This document shows positions 1-8,772 of a stretch of 37,618 nt of DNA, one piece after another; position 1 is the first letter of the stretch, and each line of letters starts with the position of its first letter. This DNA comes from Candidatus Methylomirabilota bacterium. Lineage in GTDB: Bacteria > Methylomirabilota > Methylomirabilia > Rokubacteriales > CSP1-6. The stretch lies in assembly GCA_046726415.1 (NCBI GenBank), contig JBKPAK010000292.1:1-37618 (forward strand), written 5' to 3'. The notes beneath the pieces are model-generated. The model saw only the letters and a program-made list of their open reading frames with translations, had not been told where the DNA came from and made no database searches. Position numbers and translations under genes: made by a program.

Positions 1-248
1 GCCCCGGCGCAGCCGTGGCGCCCCTCGAATCCGCGCGCGCCTCAGGGCCTCGACCGGGCCCCCCAAGCCCCCCAAGTGCTCGGGGCGCCCCGGCGCAGCC
101 GTGGCGCCCCTCGAATCCACGCGCGCCTCAGGGCCTCGACCGGGCCCCCCAAGCCCCCCAAGTGCTCGGGGCGCCCCGGCGCAGCCGTGACGCCCCTCGA
201 TTCCGCGCGCGCCTCAGGGCCTCGACAGGGCCCCCCAAGCCCCCCGAA
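1..248. repeat. Tandem repeat with an 86-bp unit (about 2.9 copies, starting at 1, 87 and 173) containing two GC-rich hairpins; REP-like
   Basis: Unit gccccggcgcagccgtggcgcccctcgaatccgcgcgcgcctcagggcctcgaccgggccccccaagccccccaagtgctcggggc is repeated with few substitutions. Hairpins are ggggcgcc-c-cggc-gca-gccg-t-ggcgcccc (spanning unit junctions) and gggcc-N7-ggccc. It lies just downstream of the rimM stop. Confidence 0.95.
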
Positions 249-258
249 CTCCGCGCTC

Positions 259-783
259 CTACAGCTCGAGCAGGCCCTCGGGCGGGCTGATGGCCACCCG
301 GCGCGCTCCCAGGTCGACCTCGCGCACGATCTCGGCCACCGCCGGAATCAGATGCTCGCGCTCTGGCCCACGAACCACCCACAAATCGTGCGCCGGCGAC
401 TGCTCGATTCCCGCGACCACGCCCACATCGCGGCCATCCTCGGTCACCACCCGACAGCCTTCGAGCTGCCAGGGATAAAAGTGCCCGTCGTCGAGCGGCA
501 ACGCCTCCGACTCCGGGATGGCCAGCAGCCGCCCGGTGAGCGTTCTCGCCACTTCCGGAGAGTCGCAACCCGACAGGGCCACGATGATCTCGCCTCCCTG
601 GCGCCGCGCCGTCGTGAGGCGCCGCGGCTGTCGCTCGTCGCACGCCGCGTCCCACACCACGCAGTCGCGCACCCGCGCAAATCGCTCGAGATCGTCGGTG
701 AGCGGCGTGATGTGCACTGCTCCCTCTCTGCCGTACGGCCGGCCGATTTCGCCGATGACGACGAGGCGCTCGCTATCCGGCAT
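259..783 (-). CDS. rimM: Ribosome maturation factor RimM
   Basis: N-terminal [27 protein letters not shown] barrel ending EHLIPAV...[10 protein letters not shown]; follows rpsP. Confidence 0.95.
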   Translation of the reverse strand: MPDSERLVVIGEIGRPYGREGAVHITPLTDDLERFARVRDCVVWDAACDERQPRRLTTARRQGGEIIVALSGCDSPEVARTLTGRLLAIPESEALPLDDGHFYPWQLEGCRVVTEDGRDVGVVAGIEQSPAHDLWVVRGPEREHLIPAVAEIVREVDLGARRVAISPPEGLLEL

Positions 784-1018
784 CCTTCACGTTGGCCAGC
801 AGCCGCTTGACCGTGTTCGACGGCTGGGCGCCCTTCTTGATCCAGTCGTCGGCCTTCGTCCGGTCGATCTTCACCGTGGGCGGCTGGGTCAGCGGATTGT
901 AGTGCCCGATGATCTCGATGAACCGCCCGTCCCGCGGCGACCGCGAGTCGGCCACGACCACCCGATACGCAGGCCGCTTCGACGAACCCATTCTCCGCAA
1001 GCGAATCGCCACTGCCAC
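773..1018 (-). CDS. rpsP: 30S ribosomal protein S16
   Basis: [42 protein letters not shown]...KGAQPSNTV signature; GTG start with a GAGGGGGT-like SD. Confidence 0.98.
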   Translation of the reverse strand: MAVAIRLRRMGSSKRPAYRVVVADSRSPRDGRFIEIIGHYNPLTQPPTVKIDRTKADDWIKKGAQPSNTVKRLLANVKDAG

Positions 1019-1022
1019 GTGG

Positions 1023-2372
1023 TCACCCCCTCGGGATGGGAAGACCCGGGAGGCCCTTCAAACGGCCGAGCCGTCCTTCCAACCCTTTGAACTGCTTCAT
1101 CATTTTCCTAAGCTGCGCATACTGCTTGAGCAGCCGGTTCACGTCCTGCACGGTGGTGCCGCTGCCGCGTGCGATGCGCTGACGGCGACTGCCGCTGATG
1201 ATCTCGGGATGAATCCGCTCGGCTCGTGTCATCGACGAGATGATGGCGTCGAAGCGCCCGAGGTCGGCGGCCTCCTCGTCGAGTTCCTTGGGCGCGCCCT
1301 TCATGAGCTTGCCGAGGCCGGGGATCATTCCCATGATCTGATCGAGCGGTCCCATCTGCTTTACCTGCCGGAGCTGGTCGCGGAAGTCTTCGAGGGTAAA
1401 GCTGTCCTCGCGCAGCTTCTTGACCAGCGCCTCAGCCTTCTCCCGATCGACAGTCTCCTGTGCCCTCTCCACCAGCGACAGCACGTCGCCCATTCCGAGG
1501 ATCCGCGAGGCCACGCGGTCCGGATGGAAGGGCTCGAGGGCCTCCGTCTTCTCGCCGACCCCCACGAAGGCGATGGGTCGGCCGGTCACGTGTCGAACGG
1601 ACAGTGCGGCGCCCCCGCGAGAGTCGCCGTCCATCTTGGTAAGGATGACGGCGTCGATCCCCACCGCCGCGTTGAAGCGGTCGGCGACGGTCAGGGCGTC
1701 CTGGCCGGTCATGGCGTCGACCACGAGGAGCACGTGGTGCGGCTTGACGTCGGCCTTGATCTTCTGGAGCTCCTCGAGCATCGGCTCGTCAATGTGCAGG
1801 CGGCCCGCGGTGTCGAGCAGCAGCGGCGTCAGCCCGCGCGTGGCCGCTTCTTCCCGCGCGGCGCGACAGATCTCGACGGGGGTCCGTCCCTGCTCCACCA
1901 CGGGCACTCCGAGTTGGGCGCCGAGTGTGCGGAGCTGATCCTGGGCGGCTGGCCGGTAGATGTCGGCGGCGGCGAGGACCGGATGCTGCCCCTGCTTGGC
2001 GTACATGCGGGCGAGCTTCGCGGCCGTTGTGGTCTTTCCCGAGCCCTGCAGCCCCATCAGCATGACGATCGTGGGTGGGGTCGAGGCCATCGCCAGTCGA
2101 TGACCGCTGCCTCCGAGCAACTCCACCAGTTCGTCATGGACGATCTTGACCACCTGCTGGGCCGGGGTCAGCGATTTCAGGACGTCCTGACCGACCGCCT
2201 TGTCCTTGATCTTGTCGATGAAGGCGCGGACGACCTTGAAGTTGACGTCCGCCTCGAGCAGCGCCACGCGGACCTCGCGCAACGCCTCCTGGATATTCTC
2301 CTCGGTGAGGCGGCCCCGGCTACCGAGCCGGTCGAAGATGCCTTGCAGTCGGGTGCTCAATGTGTCGAACAT
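1023..2372 (-). CDS. ffh: Signal recognition particle protein Ffh
   Basis: [40 protein letters not shown], and M-domain [11 protein letters not shown]. Confidence 0.98.
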   Translation of the reverse strand: MFDTLSTRLQGIFDRLGSRGRLTEENIQEALREVRVALLEADVNFKVVRAFIDKIKDKAVGQDVLKSLTPAQQVVKIVHDELVELLGGSGHRLAMASTPPTIVMLMGLQGSGKTTTAAKLARMYAKQGQHPVLAAADIYRPAAQDQLRTLGAQLGVPVVEQGRTPVEICRAAREEAATRGLTPLLLDTAGRLHIDEPMLEELQKIKADVKPHHVLLVVDAMTGQDALTVADRFNAAVGIDAVILTKMDGDSRGGAALSVRHVTGRPIAFVGVGEKTEALEPFHPDRVASRILGMGDVLSLVERAQETVDREKAEALVKKLREDSFTLEDFRDQLRQVKQMGPLDQIMGMIPGLGKLMKGAPKELDEEAADLGRFDAIISSMTRAERIHPEIISGSRRQRIARGSGTTVQDVNRLLKQYAQLRKMMKQFKGLEGRLGRLKGLPGLPIPRG

Positions 2373-2382
2373 GGAACAGCTA

Positions 2383-2411
2383 AGAGTACGGAACTACGCG
2401 CGCAATTTCAA
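2383..2411 (-). promoter_or_regulatory. Putative sigma70 promoter of ffh (TTGAAA-N17-TACTCT), ending 10 nt before the ATG
   Basis: Reverse complement of 2406-2411 is TTGAAA and of 2383-2388 is TACTCT; no SD before the ffh ATG. Confidence 0.55.
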
Positions 2412-2422
2412 CCAATCCCGGC

Positions 2423-3466
2423 ATGCGAATATGGGAGGCCGTGGGCGCCCGTCGCGTCAGTATCGCTTTCCAGACCGACCGGCCGCTCAGCGCCTACGGC
2501 CCGCTCGCGGCGGCGTCCGAACGCTATGGCTTCGATGCGGTCGCCGTCTACAACGATCTTCTCTACCAGCCGGCGTGGCTGCCCCTGCTCGAGATGGCCC
2601 GGGTGACGCGGCGCGTGGCCTTGGGACCGTCGGCGGTCAACCCGTTTACCTGTCATCCAGTGAACATCGCGGGCCACACCGCGCTGATCGACGAGGCTTC
2701 GGGGGGCCGCGCCTACCTCGGTCTGGCTCGCGGTGCGTGGCACGAGTTCATCGGCCTCGAGCCGCGCCAACCGGTACGGGCTCTTCGCGAAGCCTTCGAA
2801 TGTGTGCGCCACCTCCTGCGGCGCGTGCCGGCTCCCTACCGCGGCGAGGTCTTCCAGCTGGCCGGCGGTGACTCACTCCGCTGGGCGATTCCGCGCCCCG
2901 CGCTGCCGTTCCTTCTGGGCAGTTGGGGGGCGCAGGCGATCCGCGCCTGCATCCACGAGATCAGCGAGGTGAAAGTCGGGGGGACCGCGAACCCAGAGGT
3001 CGTCCCCCGCTACCTCGCGGAGATCCGCGCGGCGGGCTCCCGCGCTGGCCGGTCTCCCGACGCCGTCGGGCTCGTCGTCGGTTGCGTCTCGGTGGTTGAT
3101 CGCAATGGCCGCGCTGCGCGCGATCTCGCCCGGCGCAAGGCCGCGCTCTACGTGCCGGTGATCGCGTCGCTGGACCCGACCATGGCCGTCGAGCCCGACC
3201 GACTCGCGCGGATCCGCGCGTCGGCGGCGGCCTACGACTTCGATAGGGCCGCGCGTGAGATTCCCGACGCGCTACTGGCGCGCGTGGCGTTCGCCGGCAC
3301 ACCGGACGACGTGATCGCGCAGGCCGACGCCCTGTATGCCGTCGGCGTGAGCCGCGTGGAGTTTGGCGCACCGCACGGACTCGACGGATCCGAGGGGCTG
3401 AGGCTCCTCGGTGAAGAGGTGCTTCCCACGCTGCGGCGCACATGGGATGTCGGCCGTGCGTCGTGA
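2423..3466 (+). CDS. LLM-class (luciferase-like) oxidoreductase, Mer/F420-dependent reductase-like
   Basis: AERxGFD-like motif, LGPSAVNPFTCHP, IDEASGGRAYLGLARG, AFAGTPDDV, EFGAPHG. True start uncertain (2423 or slightly downstream). Confidence 0.85.
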   Translation: MRIWEAVGARRVSIAFQTDRPLSAYGPLAAASERYGFDAVAVYNDLLYQPAWLPLLEMARVTRRVALGPSAVNPFTCHPVNIAGHTALIDEASGGRAYLGLARGAWHEFIGLEPRQPVRALREAFECVRHLLRRVPAPYRGEVFQLAGGDSLRWAIPRPALPFLLGSWGAQAIRACIHEISEVKVGGTANPEVVPRYLAEIRAAGSRAGRSPDAVGLVVGCVSVVDRNGRAARDLARRKAALYVPVIASLDPTMAVEPDRLARIRASAAAYDFDRAAREIPDALLARVAFAGTPDDVIAQADALYAVGVSRVEFGAPHGLDGSEGLRLLGEEVLPTLRRTWDVGRAS

Positions 3467-3914
3467 TCGCAAGCGTGAGGCGTCGGCCGCGCCGCAGGAC
3501 CTGACCCCGGACTCCGCTCTGGCGGGTGGTGAAGGACCGCTCCGGCGATCCGCCGGCGGCACGCTGGGCGAGTTCGCCCTCTATGACCTTCAGGTTGTCG
3601 TCGAGCGGATCGAGGGGCATTGCACCTGCGAGATGCGCGTCGGCGACCGGATCATGCTCCGCAGCGGCAAGCTGTCGATGCCCGACCGCGCCGATTTTTG
3701 TCTCTATGCCCTCCAGGCCGCCATTCCCCTCCTCCCCGCCAAACAAAGAAAGAACCACGCGGCGGACTGGATGGAGACCGATGCGCGTGTGACGTGTCCC
3801 GACCCCGCCTGCCGACTGATCATGCGAATCGACCGCGTCGGGCGTCGCGTCCTCCGCCATGGTGCGGTGAGCGCCGTGCCGCTCCAGCCGCGCGCCCGCG
3901 GGCGGAAAAGGTGA
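3447..3914 (+). CDS. TIGR04076-family-like uncharacterised Cys-containing protein
   Basis: FALYDLQVVV...GHCTC...GD...FCLYALQAAIPLLPAKQR...DWMETDARVTCPDPAC matches my recollection of this family; ATG at 3447 overlaps the end of the LLM gene. Confidence 0.75.
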   Translation: MSAVRRDRKREASAAPQDLTPDSALAGGEGPLRRSAGGTLGEFALYDLQVVVERIEGHCTCEMRVGDRIMLRSGKLSMPDRADFCLYALQAAIPLLPAKQRKNHAADWMETDARVTCPDPACRLIMRIDRVGRRVLRHGAVSAVPLQPRARGRKR

Positions 3915-3932
3915 GGAGGGACGTCGACACGG

Positions 3933-4880
3933 TCACCGGGCGTGTGGCGACACGACCGTCTCCTCGCCGAGCAAGCCGCGAGGCCTGACCAGCAGCACTG
4001 CCGCCAGCACCACGCCGATCAGCACGGTCTGGAGCGCGGCCCCGCGCGCCTGCCATTCCTGCGGCAGCACGGCGGCGAGGAGCGCACCGCTCAGGCTCCA
4101 GAGTGCCCAGACGACGAGCGCACCCGCCATCGCCCCGCGATTGTTGCCCGACCCGCCGACGATCAACATGGTCCACACCTGGAACGTGAGGATCGGCAGG
4201 AAGTCCTCGGGGGCCACGAAGCCGACGAAATGCGCGTAGACGGCTCCGGCCAGTCCCATGGCGATGGCGCCGATGACGAACGCCTGGAGGCGGAATGCCG
4301 CCGGCCACTTGCCGAGCGCGTTCGCCGCCGCTTCGTCCTCGCGAAGCCCGCGCAGGACGCGCCCCCATGGGCTCCGGACGAGTCGCTCCAGCGCCGTGTA
4401 CACGGCGATCACCAAGGCGGCCACGAGGGTCAGGTATGCGATGTTGCGGCCCACTGGACTTCCCACAACCGTCGCGAAGGGACGCGGTACGCCGTGAATG
4501 CCGAACGGCCCCCCGGTGAGTTCGACGAGGTTCGTCGCCAGGAGCTGGATCGTCACCGCGACGCCGAACGTGGAGATGGCCAGGTAGTCGTGGCGAAGCC
4601 GCAGGGTGGCGGCGCCCACCCCGAGGGCCACGACGCCCGCGACGAGGCCCGCGCCGACCCAGCCGGCGGCGATGGGCCAGGCGAAGCCGCCCAGCCGTTC
4701 CGGATTCGGCGGCGCGGTGAGAATCGCCGACGTGTAGGCGCCGACGGCCATAAACCCGGCGACACCGACGTTGAAGAGCCCGGTGAACCCCCACTGAAGG
4801 TTCAGACCGAGACAGGCCAGCGCGTAGGTCAGCACGATCACCGCGAAGAAGACCAGGTAGGCGAACAGGTCGGCGATCAC
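3933..4880 (-). CDS. Branched-chain amino acid-type (HAAT) ABC transporter permease, LivM-like
   Basis: GLNLQWGFTGLFNVG, LRLRHDYLAI, SPWGRVLRGLREDE, LIVGGSGNNRGA, RPRGLLGE; GTG start overlaps the livH-like stop (GTGA). Confidence 0.92.
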   Translation of the reverse strand: MIADLFAYLVFFAVIVLTYALACLGLNLQWGFTGLFNVGVAGFMAVGAYTSAILTAPPNPERLGGFAWPIAAGWVGAGLVAGVVALGVGAATLRLRHDYLAISTFGVAVTIQLLATNLVELTGGPFGIHGVPRPFATVVGSPVGRNIAYLTLVAALVIAVYTALERLVRSPWGRVLRGLREDEAAANALGKWPAAFRLQAFVIGAIAMGLAGAVYAHFVGFVAPEDFLPILTFQVWTMLIVGGSGNNRGAMAGALVVWALWSLSGALLAAVLPQEWQARGAALQTVLIGVVLAAVLLVRPRGLLGEETVVSPHAR

Positions 4881-5788
4881 TCGCGCGCCCCGGCGATGCC
4901 GCCCGGCCGCACGAGCAGCACCACCAGCAGGACGAGAAAGGCGACGGCGGCGCGGTACTCGGCCCCGATGACGGGGACGGCCACCGCCTCGGCGAGGCCG
5001 ACGACGAAGCTGCCCGCGAGGGCGCCGTAGACGCTGCCAATGCCGCCGAGGATCACGGCGGCGAACAGCGGCAAGAGCAGCTCGAAGCCGAGCAGCGGCC
5101 GCAGCTGCACGGTGAGTCCGATGAACACGCCAGCCACCGCGGCCAGAGCGCCGCCGATCAGGCACGTCCACCGCGCCACAGTTACCGGGTCGATGCCGGT
5201 GACCGCGAGGAGCACGGGATTCTCGCTGGCCGCCCGCATGGCGCGGCCGAGCGTCGTCCGGGTCAAAAGCAGATGAAGCCCGAGCATGAGGGCGGCCGTC
5301 AATCCCAGCACGAAGAGCTGGTCGGCGGTGACGCGGATCCCCGACAGGATCTCGCGGGCCATGGGAATCTTCCGCGTGAAGTACTGCGGTTCAGGTCCCC
5401 ACACGAACGCCACCAGGCTCCGGAGGGCGAGCGAGGCGGCGAACGACGCGATCACGAGGGTTATCTGCGTGCCCCGCTGGCGAAGCGGGCCAAAGAGTGC
5501 GCGCTCGAGCCCGATGGCCAGGGAGCCGGTGAGGGCCATGGCAGCGGCGAGCAGGCCCAGGAACGGCCAGCCGAACGACAGTGCACCGAGCTGGCCGATG
5601 CCCCAACCACCGGCCGCCGCCAGAAGCCACAGCAAGGTCAGAGCCGCATAGGCGCCGCCGGTGATCAGCTCGCCATGGGAAAAGTTGGCGAAGCCCAGGA
5701 TCGAGTAGGTCAAGGTGAGCCCCACAGCGCCGAGGCCGATGGTGGCGCCGAGGATCACGCCGTTCGCGAGATCTTGAAGTCCGATCAC
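4877..5788 (-). CDS. HAAT ABC transporter permease, LivH-like
   Basis: GLTLTYSILGFANFSHG, TTLGRAMRA, FAAVILGGIGSVYGA, VRPGGI; GTG at 5788 overlaps the livF-like stop. Confidence 0.92.
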   Translation of the reverse strand: MIGLQDLANGVILGATIGLGAVGLTLTYSILGFANFSHGELITGGAYAALTLLWLLAAAGGWGIGQLGALSFGWPFLGLLAAAMALTGSLAIGLERALFGPLRQRGTQITLVIASFAASLALRSLVAFVWGPEPQYFTRKIPMAREILSGIRVTADQLFVLGLTAALMLGLHLLLTRTTLGRAMRAASENPVLLAVTGIDPVTVARWTCLIGGALAAVAGVFIGLTVQLRPLLGFELLLPLFAAVILGGIGSVYGALAGSFVVGLAEAVAVPVIGAEYRAAVAFLVLLVVLLVRPGGIAGARE

Positions 5789-6513
5789 CGCGTGGCGCGC
5801 GCGCCCAGATAGAGCCGCGCGACCTCTGCATTGCCGGCCAACTCGGCGGCTGAGCCCACGAGGCGCAGCCGCCCCTCCACCAGGACGCAGCCTCGGTCGG
5901 CCACGGCCAACGCAGCCCGCGTGTTCTGTTCGACGAGGATGATCGTCACGCCCAGCGCGCGGGCCGCGCGCAGGCGGGACAGCACGGCCTCGACCAGGCC
6001 TGGCGCCAGCCCCGCCGACGGTTCGTCGAGCAGGAGCACCCGCGGCGCCGGCACGAGGGCTCGGGCGACGGCCAGCATCTGCCGCTGGCCACCGGAGAGC
6101 CGCCCCGCGAGGAAACGCCGGCGGGCGGCCAGGTCGGGAAACAGCTCGTACGTCGCCGCGAGCTGCTGACGGCGCTTGGCGCGATCGAGCGAGGCGGTCG
6201 CAAGGGCCAGGTGGTCGTCGACGCTCATGCGGGTGAAGACGTTCTCGGTCTGGGGTACGAGCGCTACGCCTCGGCGCGCGAGCCGATGTGGGGGCTGCCC
6301 TGTAACGTCCTCCCCCTCGAGAAAGACGCGACCGGAGTCGATGGCCACCAGCCCGGCGATGGCCCGGACCAGCGTCGACTTCCCGGCGCCGTTGGGGCCG
6401 AGGAACGTCAAGATTTCCCCGCGTTCGGCGGCGAACGTGGCGCCCCGGACGATCGGCATGCCCGGCTCGTACCCGGCGACGAGGTTCCGCACGACGAGTG
6501 TGGCGCCGGTCAT
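5785..6513 (-). CDS. HAAT ABC transporter ATP-binding protein, LivF-like
   Basis: GPNGAGKST, LSGGQRQML, LLLDEPSAGLAP, LVEQN, LYLG. Confidence 0.95.
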   Translation of the reverse strand: MTGATLVVRNLVAGYEPGMPIVRGATFAAERGEILTFLGPNGAGKSTLVRAIAGLVAIDSGRVFLEGEDVTGQPPHRLARRGVALVPQTENVFTRMSVDDHLALATASLDRAKRRQQLAATYELFPDLAARRRFLAGRLSGGQRQMLAVARALVPAPRVLLLDEPSAGLAPGLVEAVLSRLRAARALGVTIILVEQNTRAALAVADRGCVLVEGRLRLVGSAAELAGNAEVARLYLGARATR

Positions 6514-7334
6514 CGCGACGGCCCGCCCAGGTACGCTTCGACCACCCGCGGGTCGTCACGCACCGCCTCTGGGTCGCCCTCGAGTAGCAGCCGCCCGCTC
6601 GCCATGACGAGTACCGTACGGCAGAGGCGCGTGACGAGGTCCAGATTGTGCTCGATCATGAGCACGGTCATTCCGGCCCGGTTGAGAGCGATGATGCGCT
6701 CCGCGATCACGTCCATGAGTGCCGGGTTCACGCCGGCGGCCGGCTCGTCGAGGAGCAGCACGCGCGGCCGAGTCATCAGGGCGCGCGCCAGCTCCAGGAG
6801 CTTCCGCTGGCCGCCCGAGAGCGTCCGCGCGGGCGCGCCAGCCACCGTGCTGAGCCCGATGAACTCGAGCAGCTCCTGCGCCCGTTTCCGCAGGACGCGC
6901 TCGCCGGCGGCCACCGTGCCCGGCTGCAGCCAGTTCATCCAGAAGCGCTCCCCGGGCTGATGCGCGCCGGCCAGCATCACGTTCTCCAGCACCGTCATCG
7001 CGGCGAAGGGGCGGGGAATCTGAAACGTGCGGGCTATCCCCGCGCGCAGCGCGCGATGGGGCGGTCCTCCATCCAGGCGATCGCCGCCGAGGGCGATGCG
7101 GCCGGCGCTGGGACGCAGCGCCCCGGCGATCAGATTGAACATGGTCGTCTTCCCCGCTCCATTCGGCCCGATGAGGCCCGTGATGGTGCCGGGCCGCACC
7201 CGGAACGAGATGCCATCGACCGCGCGGTGGGCACCGAAGCGCTTCGTCACTCCGTCGATCTCGAGGACCCGGCTCGGGGCGGGCGATGCGCCCTTCGCCA
7301 TCGGCGTGGTCGTGCCGCACGATCCGCTTGTCAT
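6510..7334 (-). CDS. HAAT ABC transporter ATP-binding protein, LivG-like
   Basis: GPNGAGKTT, GIARTFQIPR, LSGGQRKLLELARAL, LLLDEPAAGVNP, IEHNL, VVEAYLG; exact start uncertain. Confidence 0.93.
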   Translation of the reverse strand: MTSGSCGTTTPMAKGASPAPSRVLEIDGVTKRFGAHRAVDGISFRVRPGTITGLIGPNGAGKTTMFNLIAGALRPSAGRIALGGDRLDGGPPHRALRAGIARTFQIPRPFAAMTVLENVMLAGAHQPGERFWMNWLQPGTVAAGERVLRKRAQELLEFIGLSTVAGAPARTLSGGQRKLLELARALMTRPRVLLLDEPAAGVNPALMDVIAERIIALNRAGMTVLMIEHNLDLVTRLCRTVLVMASGRLLLEGDPEAVRDDPRVVEAYLGGPSR

Positions 7335-7434
7335 GACCCGACAGAGACCTTACGATCGGGCGCCACGACGGGTGAACGGAAGCGGTGATGGTGGCGCGGT
7401 CAGACTGAGCGACGCCGCCAGGAAGGAGCCACCG

Positions 7435-8706
7435 ATGAGCAAGACGGCTCGGCACGTGCTAGGATTCTTGTTGATCCTCGCCGCGGTTGCCGTCCCACCC
7501 AATCCGGTCCGCGCACAGTGCACTGTCACCATCGGCGTGGTCATGGAGCTGACCGGCCCCGCTGGCCAGTTCGGCCAGGCGGGCGCCAAGTCCGTGGAGT
7601 TGGCCCTCCGCGACCTCAACGAGGCCGGCGGTCCCAGCGGGTGCCGGCTGGCGGCCGAGATCCGGGACGCCCAGAGCCAGGGCTCGGTGGCCGTCGATGT
7701 GGCCAAGCAGCTCGTGGAGATCAAGCGGGTGCCGGCGCTAATCGGCGGGATCATCTCGCCGGTGTCCATCCCGATCCTCACCTCGGTGACCGCGCCGAGC
7801 GGCGTCGTCCAGATCTCGCCGGCCTCCTCGTCACCCACTCTCACCGCCCTCGGCCGCGAGGGCAAGAGCGGCGGTTGGTTCTTCCGGACGATTACCACCG
7901 ACGCGCTGCAGGGCGTGGCCGCCGCGAAGTACGCACTGGACTCGGGGCTTCGCCGCCTGAGCGTGGTCCACGTCAACAACGACTTCGGCGTGAACATGGT
8001 CCGCGAGTTCTCCCGCGCGTACCAGACCCTCGGCGGCCAGATCGTCTCAGTGACGCCATACAATCCCAGTCAGGCTTCCTACCAGCCTGAGGTCACGCGA
8101 GCCATGCAGGGCACACCCGACGCCCTCTACCTCGTGAGCTACCCGGGAGACGGCACGACCATCGCCCGCACGTGGATCTCGCTGGGCGGGCCCAAGAAGT
8201 TCCTCCTCAATGACGGCATGAACTCGGCGAAGTTCATCGCCGATGTGGGGCCGACGCACCTGAACGACGCCTATGGCACGTCGTCGGGCACCGTGAAGAC
8301 GCCGTCGACGGAGTACTTCACGCGCGAGTATCCGCCGTTCTCCAAGTTCGACGCCAGCGCGCCCGCGGCCGACCGTTCCTACGACGCGGCGGCCATCCTC
8401 GGTCTCGCCCTCGCCCAGGCCGGTCGCCCGGAGTCGGCGGCGATCCGCGATGCCATCCGCAAGGTGGTTGACGCCAAGGGCGCCGTCATCCATGCGGGGC
8501 CGGCTGAGTTCCGCAAGGCCTTCGCCCTTATCACGGAGGGCAAGCCGATTCGCTACGTCGGCGTCATCGGCCCCGTACAGTTCGACCGCTACGGCGACAT
8601 CACAGGGCCGTTCCGCCTCTGGCGCATTCAGAACGGCCAGGTGGCCACGGTTGGCGAAATGTCGGTGGCGGACGTCGACCAGCTCAAGGCCAAGCTCGGC
8701 GACTGA
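7435..8706 (+). CDS. HAAT ABC transporter periplasmic substrate-binding protein
   Basis: AAGGAG SD at 7423-7428; signal peptide ending VRA-Q; IGVVMELTGPAG, QISPASSSPTL, FFRT, SYDAA, FDRYGD. Confidence 0.92.
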   Translation: MSKTARHVLGFLLILAAVAVPPNPVRAQCTVTIGVVMELTGPAGQFGQAGAKSVELALRDLNEAGGPSGCRLAAEIRDAQSQGSVAVDVAKQLVEIKRVPALIGGIISPVSIPILTSVTAPSGVVQISPASSSPTLTALGREGKSGGWFFRTITTDALQGVAAAKYALDSGLRRLSVVHVNNDFGVNMVREFSRAYQTLGGQIVSVTPYNPSQASYQPEVTRAMQGTPDALYLVSYPGDGTTIARTWISLGGPKKFLLNDGMNSAKFIADVGPTHLNDAYGTSSGTVKTPSTEYFTREYPPFSKFDASAPAADRSYDAAAILGLALAQAGRPESAAIRDAIRKVVDAKGAVIHAGPAEFRKAFALITEGKPIRYVGVIGPVQFDRYGDITGPFRLWRIQNGQVATVGEMSVADVDQLKAKLGD

Positions 8707-8772
8707 TCACCTATGAAGGCGGAGCCAGGAGGCGGTAGTTGACGCCGGCGATTCGCTCGAGTCTGGGGCTCA

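Noticed and set aside
1..248. CRISPR array or repeat-protein ORFs (15..290, 76..810, 128..655)
   Set aside because: Units are contiguous with no unique spacers, there are no cas genes, and the 86-nt period is not a multiple of 3. The ORFs are GC-rich shadows.
909..2606. Long antisense or alternative-frame ORFs throughout (e.g. 909..2606, 19435..20775, 23204..24595, 24836..26767, 29264..30835)
   Set aside because: They overlap well-identified genes, carry no recognisable motifs, and are expected from stop-codon scarcity at high GC.
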